DNA of 64,000 nucleotides from Candidatus Bathyarchaeota archaeon. GTDB lineage: Archaea; Thermoproteota; Bathyarchaeia; Bathyarchaeales; Bathycorpusculaceae. How positions within the stretch are numbered: the stretch's first letter is position 1; each line of letters opens with the position of its first letter. Location of the stretch: the NCBI GenBank assembly GCA_963833575.1, contig CAWHXY010000004.1, positions 1,024,001-1,088,000 on the forward strand. The letters are read 5' to 3'. The notes beneath the pieces are model-generated. The model ran no database searches. It saw only the letters and a list, made by a program, of their open reading frames with translations, and was not told the origin of the DNA. Below are positions 1 to 8,970 of this stretch, in pieces. The translations under genes were made by a program, and so were the position numbers.

Positions 1-14
1 CTAGAACGCATATT

Positions 15-2300
15 TTGCTACTTCTAATCTTTGTTTTTGCATTTGCGTACCGCATCATTCTGATGCTATGGTCATCTTATCCTCCTGGCGCCGATATTGG
101 ATTGCATAATAGCGTAATTAACTCAATTACACAATCAGGCAACACTAATTTTCTATGGAATAATTATCAGATGGGCGGCGGTTTATCATTAACTTTTCCA
201 GGATACCACATTTTCGCTGCAGGAATAATCATGATGACTGGAATGCCTGACTATATAGCCCAAGCGGTGATTGCAGCCTTATTCTCGTCGCTAATTGTCC
301 TCTGCGCCTACTTAATAACAAAAAGCGTATGGATAGAATCGGGAGCTTTAATCGTTGCCTTTCTGGTTGCCATCTCACGGCCCGACATTGAAATACTCCT
401 CTGGGGAGGCTACCCAAACGTAATAACTTTGCTTATAATTCCTGCAATATTTTATTTGTATCTTCAAAAAGACCGATTCACATTAACTCCTTTTCTTGTT
501 TCTACCTCTATTTTAGTAGGGTCAATATACTTAACACACTCTTTGAGTGCAGCCGTATTTGGAGCTACAATCATTTCAACAGTATTGATTGTAATGATCT
601 CTCCAAAAACGTTCAACACATCAAGAAAACAGGTCTTCTATTGGCTACTTCCACTTTTTCTTGGCGCCGTTCTCGTCGTACCTTTTCTGGTAAAGGCTAT
701 TCCTGCATATTTGAGCGCTAACTCCTCATTCGTGGATATCTCCGCCATTAACTCAGCACTCTTATCGACAAGGGTTCTTCCGCTTACTTTAATATTGCCG
801 CTTTTCGCCTGTACATTCTTATTTTTTTTCTTGTCAAAAGAATATCGAGGACGATTTCTTTCGCTTCCAGCTTTTTTGCTTTTCATGTGGCTGCTAGTTC
901 CCACGATTCTGACTCAAGGCTTCCTATTTGGGCTATATGTAGATTATAATCGCTTCCTTTACTTCCTTGTTTTGCCTGTACTGATACTTATTGGCATGTT
1001 CATAGAACGCGGCTCCTCTTTCTTTGCATACATAATAGACAATTATCGTGTTTTAAACGAACAATTGCAGAAGCCAGCAAAGAAAGCATACAATAGGCTG
1101 GACAAGGTTTTAAGCAGCATAAACCGCAAGAAACTTTATGCAACCTTCGTAGTGGTTATAGTGCTCACGTGCCTTTTTGCCGTTCCGCTTTTCATAACTC
1201 CCTGGCAAGGAAATATAGACCAGAGTTTCTACCAAGTTATGGATAATCCAGGTTACCAAGCAATTCAATGGGCTAAGCAAAACACGCCAGCCAATGCAGT
1301 TTTTGTTTCTGACGCGCTTTACGGATGGTGGTTTGGCGGCTTTGCTCAAAGACCAACCTTAAGCGCTGTTGATCCTCAATATTTAACGCTTGCTCGTGAG
1401 TTCGAACCGGCGAAATTTGCTAAGAACATTCTTGATACAGACTACATGATTGACAATGGGTACATTCAGGTTAGAGAAGATGGTGGGTATATTGGTAGAC
1501 ATAACCCTATGTTTCTAGCTGATCTCAACTGGACCTACTTCCCATACTCTTTCTTCCAATTTAACGACAGCGAAATTACTCTGCTTTCTCAGAGTGGCGT
1601 TACCCAGCAATCTAATGACATTACCCAAATACCTGTAACAAGCATGCAACTCATTGGTGCCCAAACCGATAATCCATCAATTATTGTTAACAAAGCAAAC
1701 GGCAACTTCAGCTACTCAGAAATATTAACGGTCACAAAAGGCGTCCAATTCGCAAATATGACAATAGTGCTTTCAAGCAACTCAGAGAACGTTTCACTAG
1801 ACTGGCTTAATTTCGTTTTAAACTCGGAAGGTAAATTTTTGCAGCCAGATGCAAATTCGGTTGCAATGTTAGATACTGGCACGAAAGAGGTTGGTCAACT
1901 CGTTTTTGCTCAAAACCAGCCACAAGTTTCATCTTACAATTCGGCGTACCCATGTATTACACAATTATCCTATGATTTACAAGGCAAATCATCAGCCGAA
2001 ATTCAAATTCTAGTTGGTATCTACCCTATTTCTGACAATGAGATAGGAAATCCAACAACCCTCAACCAAACACTGCTGGCTCATGAACAAAATCCACAAA
2101 AACAACAAGAAAATGCTCCCTCAATGGACACGTTTGATTACCAAGCATCCATGCAACAATACTCGGTTTCTTACCTTGTTAACAGGGATTTTGAACTAAA
2201 TCCGAAATTTGCTAGCGACCCGAAATTTAGCCTTGTATTTATTAACAGTGAAATCGCCATCTTTAAGGTCAAAGGTAACGACAGTATCGGTGGGAGTTAG
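15..2300 (+). CDS. Multi-pass membrane glycosyltransferase-like protein (GT-C/PMT-like); may be 5'-truncated at the window edge
   Basis: Many TM segments, GADIGLH motif after TM1, YPG/GGYP-type loops, large C-terminal extracellular domain with N-x-S/T sequons; frame is open to the window start. Confidence 0.65.
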   Translation: MLLLIFVFAFAYRIILMLWSSYPPGADIGLHNSVINSITQSGNTNFLWNNYQMGGGLSLTFPGYHIFAAGIIMMTGMPDYIAQAVIAALFSSLIVLCAYLITKSVWIESGALIVAFLVAISRPDIEILLWGGYPNVITLLIIPAIFYLYLQKDRFTLTPFLVSTSILVGSIYLTHSLSAAVFGATIISTVLIVMISPKTFNTSRKQVFYWLLPLFLGAVLVVPFLVKAIPAYLSANSSFVDISAINSALLSTRVLPLTLILPLFACTFLFFFLSKEYRGRFLSLPAFLLFMWLLVPTILTQGFLFGLYVDYNRFLYFLVLPVLILIGMFIERGSSFFAYIIDNYRVLNEQLQKPAKKAYNRLDKVLSSINRKKLYATFVVVIVLTCLFAVPLFITPWQGNIDQSFYQVMDNPGYQAIQWAKQNTPANAVFVSDALYGWWFGGFAQRPTLSAVDPQYLTLAREFEPAKFAKNILDTDYMIDNGYIQVREDGGYIGRHNPMFLADLNWTYFPYSFFQFNDSEITLLSQSGVTQQSNDITQIPVTSMQLIGAQTDNPSIIVNKANGNFSYSEILTVTKGVQFANMTIVLSSNSENVSLDWLNFVLNSEGKFLQPDANSVAMLDTGTKEVGQLVFAQNQPQVSSYNSAYPCITQLSYDLQGKSSAEIQILVGIYPISDNEIGNPTTLNQTLLAHEQNPQKQQENAPSMDTFDYQASMQQYSVSYLVNRDFELNPKFASDPKFSLVFINSEIAIFKVKGNDSIGGS

Positions 2301-2308
2301 CTGCAATC

Positions 2309-4627
2309 TTGATGGGGAAATTGACAAAAGAGCGACAAATTGAAATCGCCTTTATCGCTGTTTTTTCAGTGCTAGTTATCTCAATATTCTACACCCTCAT
2401 ATCAATGAACGGTGTAGTCTTAGGAAACGACCCTGCCGTCCACTTGGAAAAAGCCCAAATCTTCCTGCAAACAGGAAAAATCCCTCTAAGCAACCTAGGC
2501 TGGACCCCTCCACTTTATGAAATTGTCCTTGCGATGTTCATTTCTTTCAGCGGTGCAACTGACATTGGGCAGCTAATTTTTTTAGTAAAAGCTTTAGCAG
2601 TAATAGTTGATTGGCTTCTGTTTCTTTCCGTTTATTTGATTGCAACAAGATTCTTTAATAAAAAAGTTGGTGCTGTAGCCGTTGTTTTGTTGTTGATGTG
2701 TTTTCCTATGTACGAGGTTAATGCGTTTGGCGGTTACACAACTGTTCTTGCAATAGCGTTCATGCTCTTAGTATTTCTTTACTCGACTTTAGCAGTTGAG
2801 AATATGGGTTACCTTGTTGTCGCTTTTCTTGCAGCTTTTGCTCTTGTTTTATCGCATCAACTTGCTGCATTCCTTGCCATCTTTATAATGCCTCCAATAT
2901 TGCTTTATATGCTGATAAAATCTAAAGGTGCTAACCTTAAAGTTGTAATTGCTTTAATCTTGGGAGGCGGAATAGCCTTCATCTTGTATTATTTTAAAGC
3001 TATGATTGGTTATATCGGTCTTGTTATTGAGTATGTGTTTTTTGCGGTCAAAACCTACGCTTACCAGATTCCAGCGGTTAGTTTTAATTCTTTTATGGTT
3101 AATTTTGGATTCATATTTTTCTTTGCTTTAGGCGGCATTTTTATCTCTTACAATATTTTGAAAACACAAAAAAAGATGATATATTATTTGACATTAATTC
3201 TTGTTTTCTCCGTTCCTCTTTTTTTCGCTGAATCTTATCTTATTGGTTTCTTCATGCCGTTTCAATGGTTTATTTATTATTTGATTGTTCCAATGGCTAT
3301 TTTCGCAGCTGTTTCCCTTGTCTTCGTTCAAGAAAAATTCATGGCTTACTATGCCAAAAACAAAACAAGTCTACATAAGAATTCTTTAAAGATAATTACT
3401 ATTTCCCTTATCGTCTTGATGTGCTTGCTCCTTGTTTTTCGCTCAAACACAGTTTATGGAAAAATCATGGAAGCCAGCGTTTTTTACTCGTCAACTGATA
3501 TAAAGGCGTTTGACGCGGGAGTTTGGCTAGGGCAAAATTATCCAAATAACTCGACGGTTGTTGTAACAAAAATTCCTGGTTTTTGGTTTTCAACTTTTTC
3601 TGGCGAGAACGTGATTGCTCAGACTGATCCCGTTGTGCAAAGAAACGAAATTGCCGAATCTGTTCTGAGTCTTTCTTATGAAATTCAGGATCCCCAAAAC
3701 TTGATTAGGGCTTATGGAGCAAAGGGCGATATTGTAGATGAAAATTACGTTTCGGTAAATGATGTCTGGTATAGAGTTTCTTACTCCTCTATTGCTGGAG
3801 ATTTTGTGACGTTTACTCAAAACGGCGCGAATTACACATTTGCTCTCGCAGATTTAAGCAAAGCTATATCTTTTGATGATCAAAGCTACCCCAAAAATTT
3901 GACCTTCACTTATTCCAATAACTATGTGGCCATAATGCAGTCAATGCTTGTGCAAAATTACAGTTATGCAACAGATGTATCTTGGGCAATAACGCCTTTG
4001 CAAAGCAACGTATCCAATGTGACTCTATATTTGACTACTAATTTTGATTTGCAATTTGACTTTGACAAAGTTCAGATACCTCAATTCATGGATTGGGTTA
4101 ATCCATGGGATGTGTCTTCGAAAACTGTTGGCGGTCCCGTTGGAGCACAATGGGCGGTTGCCACATTTACAAACTCTAACTTAATGGATAATTACATAGG
4201 ACTTTACGACGACAAAAATCAGCTTGCATACGCCTTTAACTTCACCGAGTTGCCTGACTGGGGAAATATCGGTGCCTTAGAAAACAAGCAAATAGATGCT
4301 GTAAGATTCCAATATCAATTCAATGAAATTAACGCCAACCAGACAGTCACAATGCAATATCAAGTTCTTGCACTTTCAAAGAATAATTTTCCTACTTTAC
4401 AGCCAAACGAACTGAAAAGCCTCTTCGATAATAAACCTGGCGAATTTACAGTGTTAACGCGTGACTACAAAGATTATATCGCTGAAAATAACATCGGATT
4501 CATAGTTTACGACAAAAACCAACTTGACACTAAAATAGCTCGATGCAAATTTCTGCAACTAATCTATTCAAACGATCGATATGACATTTTCAAAGTTCTA
4601 AGCAGCTACAACCAAACGCAAACCTGA
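2309..4627 (+). CDS. Second GT-C-like membrane glycosyltransferase, paralog of the upstream gene
   Basis: GNDPAVH motif after TM1, multi-TM region, same C-terminal architecture as 15-2300; 8-bp gap implies an operon. Confidence 0.65.
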   Translation: MMGKLTKERQIEIAFIAVFSVLVISIFYTLISMNGVVLGNDPAVHLEKAQIFLQTGKIPLSNLGWTPPLYEIVLAMFISFSGATDIGQLIFLVKALAVIVDWLLFLSVYLIATRFFNKKVGAVAVVLLLMCFPMYEVNAFGGYTTVLAIAFMLLVFLYSTLAVENMGYLVVAFLAAFALVLSHQLAAFLAIFIMPPILLYMLIKSKGANLKVVIALILGGGIAFILYYFKAMIGYIGLVIEYVFFAVKTYAYQIPAVSFNSFMVNFGFIFFFALGGIFISYNILKTQKKMIYYLTLILVFSVPLFFAESYLIGFFMPFQWFIYYLIVPMAIFAAVSLVFVQEKFMAYYAKNKTSLHKNSLKIITISLIVLMCLLLVFRSNTVYGKIMEASVFYSSTDIKAFDAGVWLGQNYPNNSTVVVTKIPGFWFSTFSGENVIAQTDPVVQRNEIAESVLSLSYEIQDPQNLIRAYGAKGDIVDENYVSVNDVWYRVSYSSIAGDFVTFTQNGANYTFALADLSKAISFDDQSYPKNLTFTYSNNYVAIMQSMLVQNYSYATDVSWAITPLQSNVSNVTLYLTTNFDLQFDFDKVQIPQFMDWVNPWDVSSKTVGGPVGAQWAVATFTNSNLMDNYIGLYDDKNQLAYAFNFTELPDWGNIGALENKQIDAVRFQYQFNEINANQTVTMQYQVLALSKNNFPTLQPNELKSLFDNKPGEFTVLTRDYKDYIAENNIGFIVYDKNQLDTKIARCKFLQLIYSNDRYDIFKVLSSYNQTQT

Positions 4628-4689
4628 AACACAAAGAATTCTGGTTTTAGTTTGAAATGAATAAAAACTCAAGGAAAGAAAGATTATGT

Positions 4690-5799
4690 TTAATGCTTCT
4701 TCAATGCGTTTGCTTCTTTACGCATTGCTTCAACTGCTTTAGGGTCTTCTTGTAAGACTTTGGGTATGTAGTTGCATGCTGGATCTGACTCAAATAGGTC
4801 GCCGGTGTAGTATTCAGCTCGTGTTCGGCATCCGCCGCATATTTCCCTGTATTCGCAAACTCCGCATCTGCCCTTGATGTTGCTTTTGTCACGAAGTTTT
4901 AAGTGCAATTCGCTGTGTTGGAGTTCGTCCCATGCAGTGGATAAGTGTTTGTCTTTGACGTTGCCTATGCGGTAGCCTTCGTGGAAGCCGCAGCTTCGGT
5001 AGTCGCCGTTTTCGGTAATGCCGATGTAGTTGCCGCCGATGGTGCATCTTCCGAGATAACCTTCATGGTACCAGTCCCAGAAGTCTACTGGGTTTTTTTG
5101 GCGGACGATGCGTGCGTAAAAGGGTGCGTACACATTGACTTTTACTTTACCGTACAACTTGCGTTGAATGTCATAGATTTCGTTGAATGCTTCTTCATAT
5201 TGCTCAGGTGTGGGCGCTAAATCAGGCATGTTGCTTCCTGCTCTGCCTACTGGGACAAGGTTGTGGTAGACAATCATTCGTGCTTTGTATTCTTCAGCAA
5301 GTGCTGCTGGATGTGCCATATGCTTAATGTTGTATTTAGTCATAGTTGTGACTAAGCAGTCTAATAACCCAACGCTTCCAAGTTTCTTCATCGCGTTTAA
5401 CGCTTTGGCATAACTGCCTTTGCGTCTGATGATTTCGTTTGATTCTTCGTTTCCATCAATGCTGATGGCTGTGTGAACTTCGTATTTATGTAATTTTTCG
5501 AATCGTTCTTCATCCCATGCAAAACCGCTTGTGATGAGGCTAACCTTCATGCCATATTCTTTTTCAGCATAAGCGATAACATCAAAAACATCATTTCGAA
5601 CAAGGGGTTCCCCACCGCTAATTCCGAACCATTCGGCGCCAAAATCATGAATTTCGTCAACCATTTTTTTGGCTTGTTTAGTACTAAGTTCTTGGTCTTT
5701 GGCGTATTCTTTGGTGTAACTGCAGTACATGCAATTACCAACACAATTTCTAGTACACCGCCAAACTACCATGTACAGTGGTGGTTTATTTGGAGCCAT
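4690..5799 (-). CDS. Radical SAM protein with SPASM domain (NirJ/AhbC/AhbD/PqqE-like)
   Basis: CVGNCMYC, SGGEP, C-terminal CGVCEYREICGGCR...DPAC. Confidence 0.9.
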   Translation of the reverse strand: MAPNKPPLYMVVWRCTRNCVGNCMYCSYTKEYAKDQELSTKQAKKMVDEIHDFGAEWFGISGGEPLVRNDVFDVIAYAEKEYGMKVSLITSGFAWDEERFEKLHKYEVHTAISIDGNEESNEIIRRKGSYAKALNAMKKLGSVGLLDCLVTTMTKYNIKHMAHPAALAEEYKARMIVYHNLVPVGRAGSNMPDLAPTPEQYEEAFNEIYDIQRKLYGKVKVNVYAPFYARIVRQKNPVDFWDWYHEGYLGRCTIGGNYIGITENGDYRSCGFHEGYRIGNVKDKHLSTAWDELQHSELHLKLRDKSNIKGRCGVCEYREICGGCRTRAEYYTGDLFESDPACNYIPKVLQEDPKAVEAMRKEANALKKH

Positions 5800-5941
5800 T
5801 AAATTTACCTGAGTGAAAGTAAATTCACCGTTGCGATATAAAACTTGCTCCTAGAAACTGATTTTGTGCTTTTGCCAAGATATAGGAAAACTTAGTTTCT
5901 TTTAACATCTTTATTTTTTCTAACTAGCTGTTTAGGCGGAA

Positions 5942-6397
5942 TTATTCAGGCTTGCTACCTTTCTTATGCTTGTTTTGACGTATCCCTTCAACAGTGAAAA
6001 CACTCAGTGCCAACCCAGTTATAAGCATCAATAACAGAAAGAAAACTTTAAACTCGTATGTTTCATGCGCAAAATGAATAAGCAAAACAAAAAGTTCAAC
6101 AATTAAAATAACTAGGAAAACAAGGGAGTAACGCCACAACGCTGGAACTAAACGGTGACCAAGCCAGAAGTAGCCTCTTATTTGGGCTTTGTTTTTTGCT
6201 ATGTATTCGCCATAATCGTCTTTTTGTAGATAATCAAGGTCTTCAAGTTTCTGCAAGTGCCTGTAAGCTACGCTGGGACTGCTTAAGTTTAAAGCTTTCA
6301 TAACATCTCTAGGACCGATTGGTTTGCCCTTCTTTACAACGTATAAATATACGTTTAATGTGGTTCCTTCAAGTTCTTCGCTGTTGGCCTTTGTCAT
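5942..6397 (-). CDS. Winged-helix transcriptional regulator with two C-terminal TM helices
   Basis: GPRDVMKALNLSSPSVAYRHLQKL HTH followed by two hydrophobic segments. Confidence 0.75.
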   Translation of the reverse strand: MTKANSEELEGTTLNVYLYVVKKGKPIGPRDVMKALNLSSPSVAYRHLQKLEDLDYLQKDDYGEYIAKNKAQIRGYFWLGHRLVPALWRYSLVFLVILIVELFVLLIHFAHETYEFKVFFLLLMLITGLALSVFTVEGIRQNKHKKGSKPE

Positions 6398-6528
6398 TTT
6401 TAATGATCACTTATGAATTGACTGTTTGGTAATTTACCCGTATTAGCTTTGCCCAAGCCACCACTTTTTCTAATATTCACAATTGAATTGAACAGGAAAA
6501 TGTCCGCGAATCGATTTATCTTAAAATC

Positions 6529-6567
6529 GGATGTTTCTATATTTTCTATATTAAATATAGAACATCC
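6529..6567. promoter_or_regulatory. Inverted repeat, candidate operator between the wHTH gene and the rnfD-like gene
   Basis: GGATGTTTCTATATT ... AATATAGAACATCC, with a perfect inner palindrome TTCTATATT-A-AATATAGAA at 6544-6562. Confidence 0.55.
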
Positions 6568-6637
6568 CTTAGTATTTTGAGAAAGTCTTATTAAACCAAC
6601 CAGCGCTAAAAATGAACGGAGAAATAATCAGGAGATA

Positions 6638-8017
6638 ATGAAAGGAATGTCTAAACCAAAAGATTACTCATGGATGACTAAAGATAAACTAATGACTTAC
6701 ACCTTTGTTGCACTCTTAGTTCTTGCGATAATTTCTGCAATTTTATGGTCACAGGTAACTCCATATGATACCGTAACAGGCAAACCATTTATGAATCTAG
6801 GACTCACAGTTGCATTAGACTGTATCATTGCTGTTGCAATTGCTGTAGGTGTTGATGCGTTCCTCTACAAAATTGCCTCTGACAGCCCGTTGAACACCAT
6901 GTCTGCTGCGGTCTTCGGCTTAATCGTTGCTCTTTCATATTCATTGGGTGTTCCTGCAATGGCATCGGTTGAAGAATCGATGTTGCCATTAGCGGCTCCA
7001 CAATGTTTTGTTTATGTTGCATTGATATCTTTGATCGGTCTGGTATTATTCAAGAAACTTCAAGGCTTGGCCGGCAGAAAATTAGTTAACCCAGCTGCAA
7101 TTGCGAAAATTCTGGTTCTATTACCCTTCTTGTATACTGTCTTAATTCCTAAAGACCACACAACCAACACTATTCCAGCGCTAACAACACACATCAATTA
7201 CAGCGGTGCCGGTTCCTTTGGTGCTTGGATGCAATTGTGCTTCAGTAATCCTGGCCCAATAAAGAACGCACATCTACCACCTTATTCTGCGTCAGATGTT
7301 TTCCAGACATTGTTCTTGGACAAATTCCACGGCTGGACTGGCGGCGCTTCATCTCTTGCAGTCATTGTTGTGGGTATAGCCCTGTTTGTTATTGCTCGCA
7401 AATACATTAAATGGAGAATTACTGCTGCTTACTTAGGCATAACAATAGTAATGTCACTGCTAATGACTGCTGCCTACGGTGGGGACGTAGCACTAAGATT
7501 AATGTTTGAACTTTTAATTGGCAGCTCAATATTTCTAGCGTTCTTCATGGCAACCGATCCAGCATCAACACCTCTAACGTACACAGGACAAATAATATTC
7601 GGCGCAGGTTTAGCTATCATCACCGTATTGTTGCAGACTTATGCTAGCTTCTTCGGAGGCTCAATCGTCGCATTAGTAATAATGAACTTGACGTCGCCAG
7701 CACTTGACAAAATCGGCAGAATGAAAGCTACGACAGAATCTAAAGAACCTAAGCTACCTAAAGCCCAAGCATTTGCGCCTGAAAAAGTCAAAACATACCA
7801 ATGCATGAGATGCGGAGCTTGTATGCGTGTCTGCTGCCACGGTCTTAGCCCGATACTGATTAAGCAAGCGTTTGACAAAATGGATTTCGACACGATGAGT
7901 AAGCTCCACGCGGATTACTGCACAGGATGCGGTCATTGTACTTTCGTTTGCCCAGCAAGAATTGACCTCAGAAACTCCGTACTTCGATCAAAAGCAATGC
8001 TTAGACAACAAGAATAA
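6638..8017 (+). CDS. rnfD: RnfD/NqrB-like membrane subunit fused to a C-terminal 2x[4Fe-4S] ferredoxin (RnfC-like) domain
   Basis: GLAGRKLVNPAA and FFMATDP motifs; CMRCGACMRVC and CTGCGHCTFVCP. Confidence 0.75.
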   Translation: MKGMSKPKDYSWMTKDKLMTYTFVALLVLAIISAILWSQVTPYDTVTGKPFMNLGLTVALDCIIAVAIAVGVDAFLYKIASDSPLNTMSAAVFGLIVALSYSLGVPAMASVEESMLPLAAPQCFVYVALISLIGLVLFKKLQGLAGRKLVNPAAIAKILVLLPFLYTVLIPKDHTTNTIPALTTHINYSGAGSFGAWMQLCFSNPGPIKNAHLPPYSASDVFQTLFLDKFHGWTGGASSLAVIVVGIALFVIARKYIKWRITAAYLGITIVMSLLMTAAYGGDVALRLMFELLIGSSIFLAFFMATDPASTPLTYTGQIIFGAGLAIITVLLQTYASFFGGSIVALVIMNLTSPALDKIGRMKATTESKEPKLPKAQAFAPEKVKTYQCMRCGACMRVCCHGLSPILIKQAFDKMDFDTMSKLHADYCTGCGHCTFVCPARIDLRNSVLRSKAMLRQQE

Positions 8018-8035
8018 AACTTCATTTCCTCAACC

Positions 8036-8050
8036 TTTTCTTTTATTTTT
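8036..8050 (+). terminator. Oligo-T archaeal terminator
   Basis: T-rich tract just after the stop of 6638-8017. Confidence 0.45.
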
Positions 8051-8188
8051 CTTATTAAAACTCGATAAATGATATTTGACAAATCTTGTTGTTATGTAAA
8101 ATATTTTAATGCCGCAACACTATGAATCAACCTTTCAAGCATTAAGCTTATTAACATGCCGCAATGTAAATAATTCAAGGGATAAAAA

Positions 8189-8851
8189 TTGGAAACACAA
8201 AAATTTAAACTGGCTGACATATTCAACGGTGTAGTTATACCAATCATTCTGGTTCTCTTGATTTTCTTCTTGGCAATCTACGTGAACGTAAGCGGAACAC
8301 ATCATATTCTCGGCGCAAACAATACCATTGCTGTCATTCTAACATCTGGCTTTGCTCAAATGATTATTCTCGGCATCCCACTGGTTTTGGGCTTATTGTG
8401 GAATAAATGGGCAGGCGGAGCAGCAGGCTTTATCATGGGCGGCCTTTACTATGTGGCTAGCGCAGGGCTTTACAACGGATACTATGCAGGTTCGAACCCA
8501 CCATACAACTTTTTTGGCGACATGAGCATGCTAGGATACCTAGTTAACGCTATCGTTATAGGTTACATGGCTGGCGCATTGAACAGCGGATCAACGAATT
8601 TCAAACGAATGCTAGGAGCAGGCATGACTGCAGCGGTGATAACTGCAACAATCCAAGCTTATCTTAACTATACTGTTTCACTTGCCCCGGCGCAGTCGAT
8701 GAATCATGGCCTTTGGGCGAACACATCGTTAGGATTTGCTGGAGTCTATGGATTCGTGTTACAATTCATTCCGAGCATTGCTTTGGGAGTAATAGTTCCT
8801 ATTCTTGCTAAAGTGATGACCTGGTATGGAATTCAGCCGATGAAGCACTAA
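8189..8851 (+). CDS. Integral membrane protein resembling an ECF transporter S component
   Basis: About 5-6 TM helices, GLLWNKWAGGAAGFIMGG small-residue pattern. Confidence 0.5.
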   Translation: METQKFKLADIFNGVVIPIILVLLIFFLAIYVNVSGTHHILGANNTIAVILTSGFAQMIILGIPLVLGLLWNKWAGGAAGFIMGGLYYVASAGLYNGYYAGSNPPYNFFGDMSMLGYLVNAIVIGYMAGALNSGSTNFKRMLGAGMTAAVITATIQAYLNYTVSLAPAQSMNHGLWANTSLGFAGVYGFVLQFIPSIALGVIVPILAKVMTWYGIQPMKH

Positions 8852-8970
8852 AAAACTCCCTATTTCCTTTTCTTTTTTAATCCTAAGTCTTTCTGAAAAA
8901 GTATTGTTAAGTTTAATTATGATATATAAAGAAATGATTGACGCCATGTGCAAGTTTCAAAATCAAAAAA

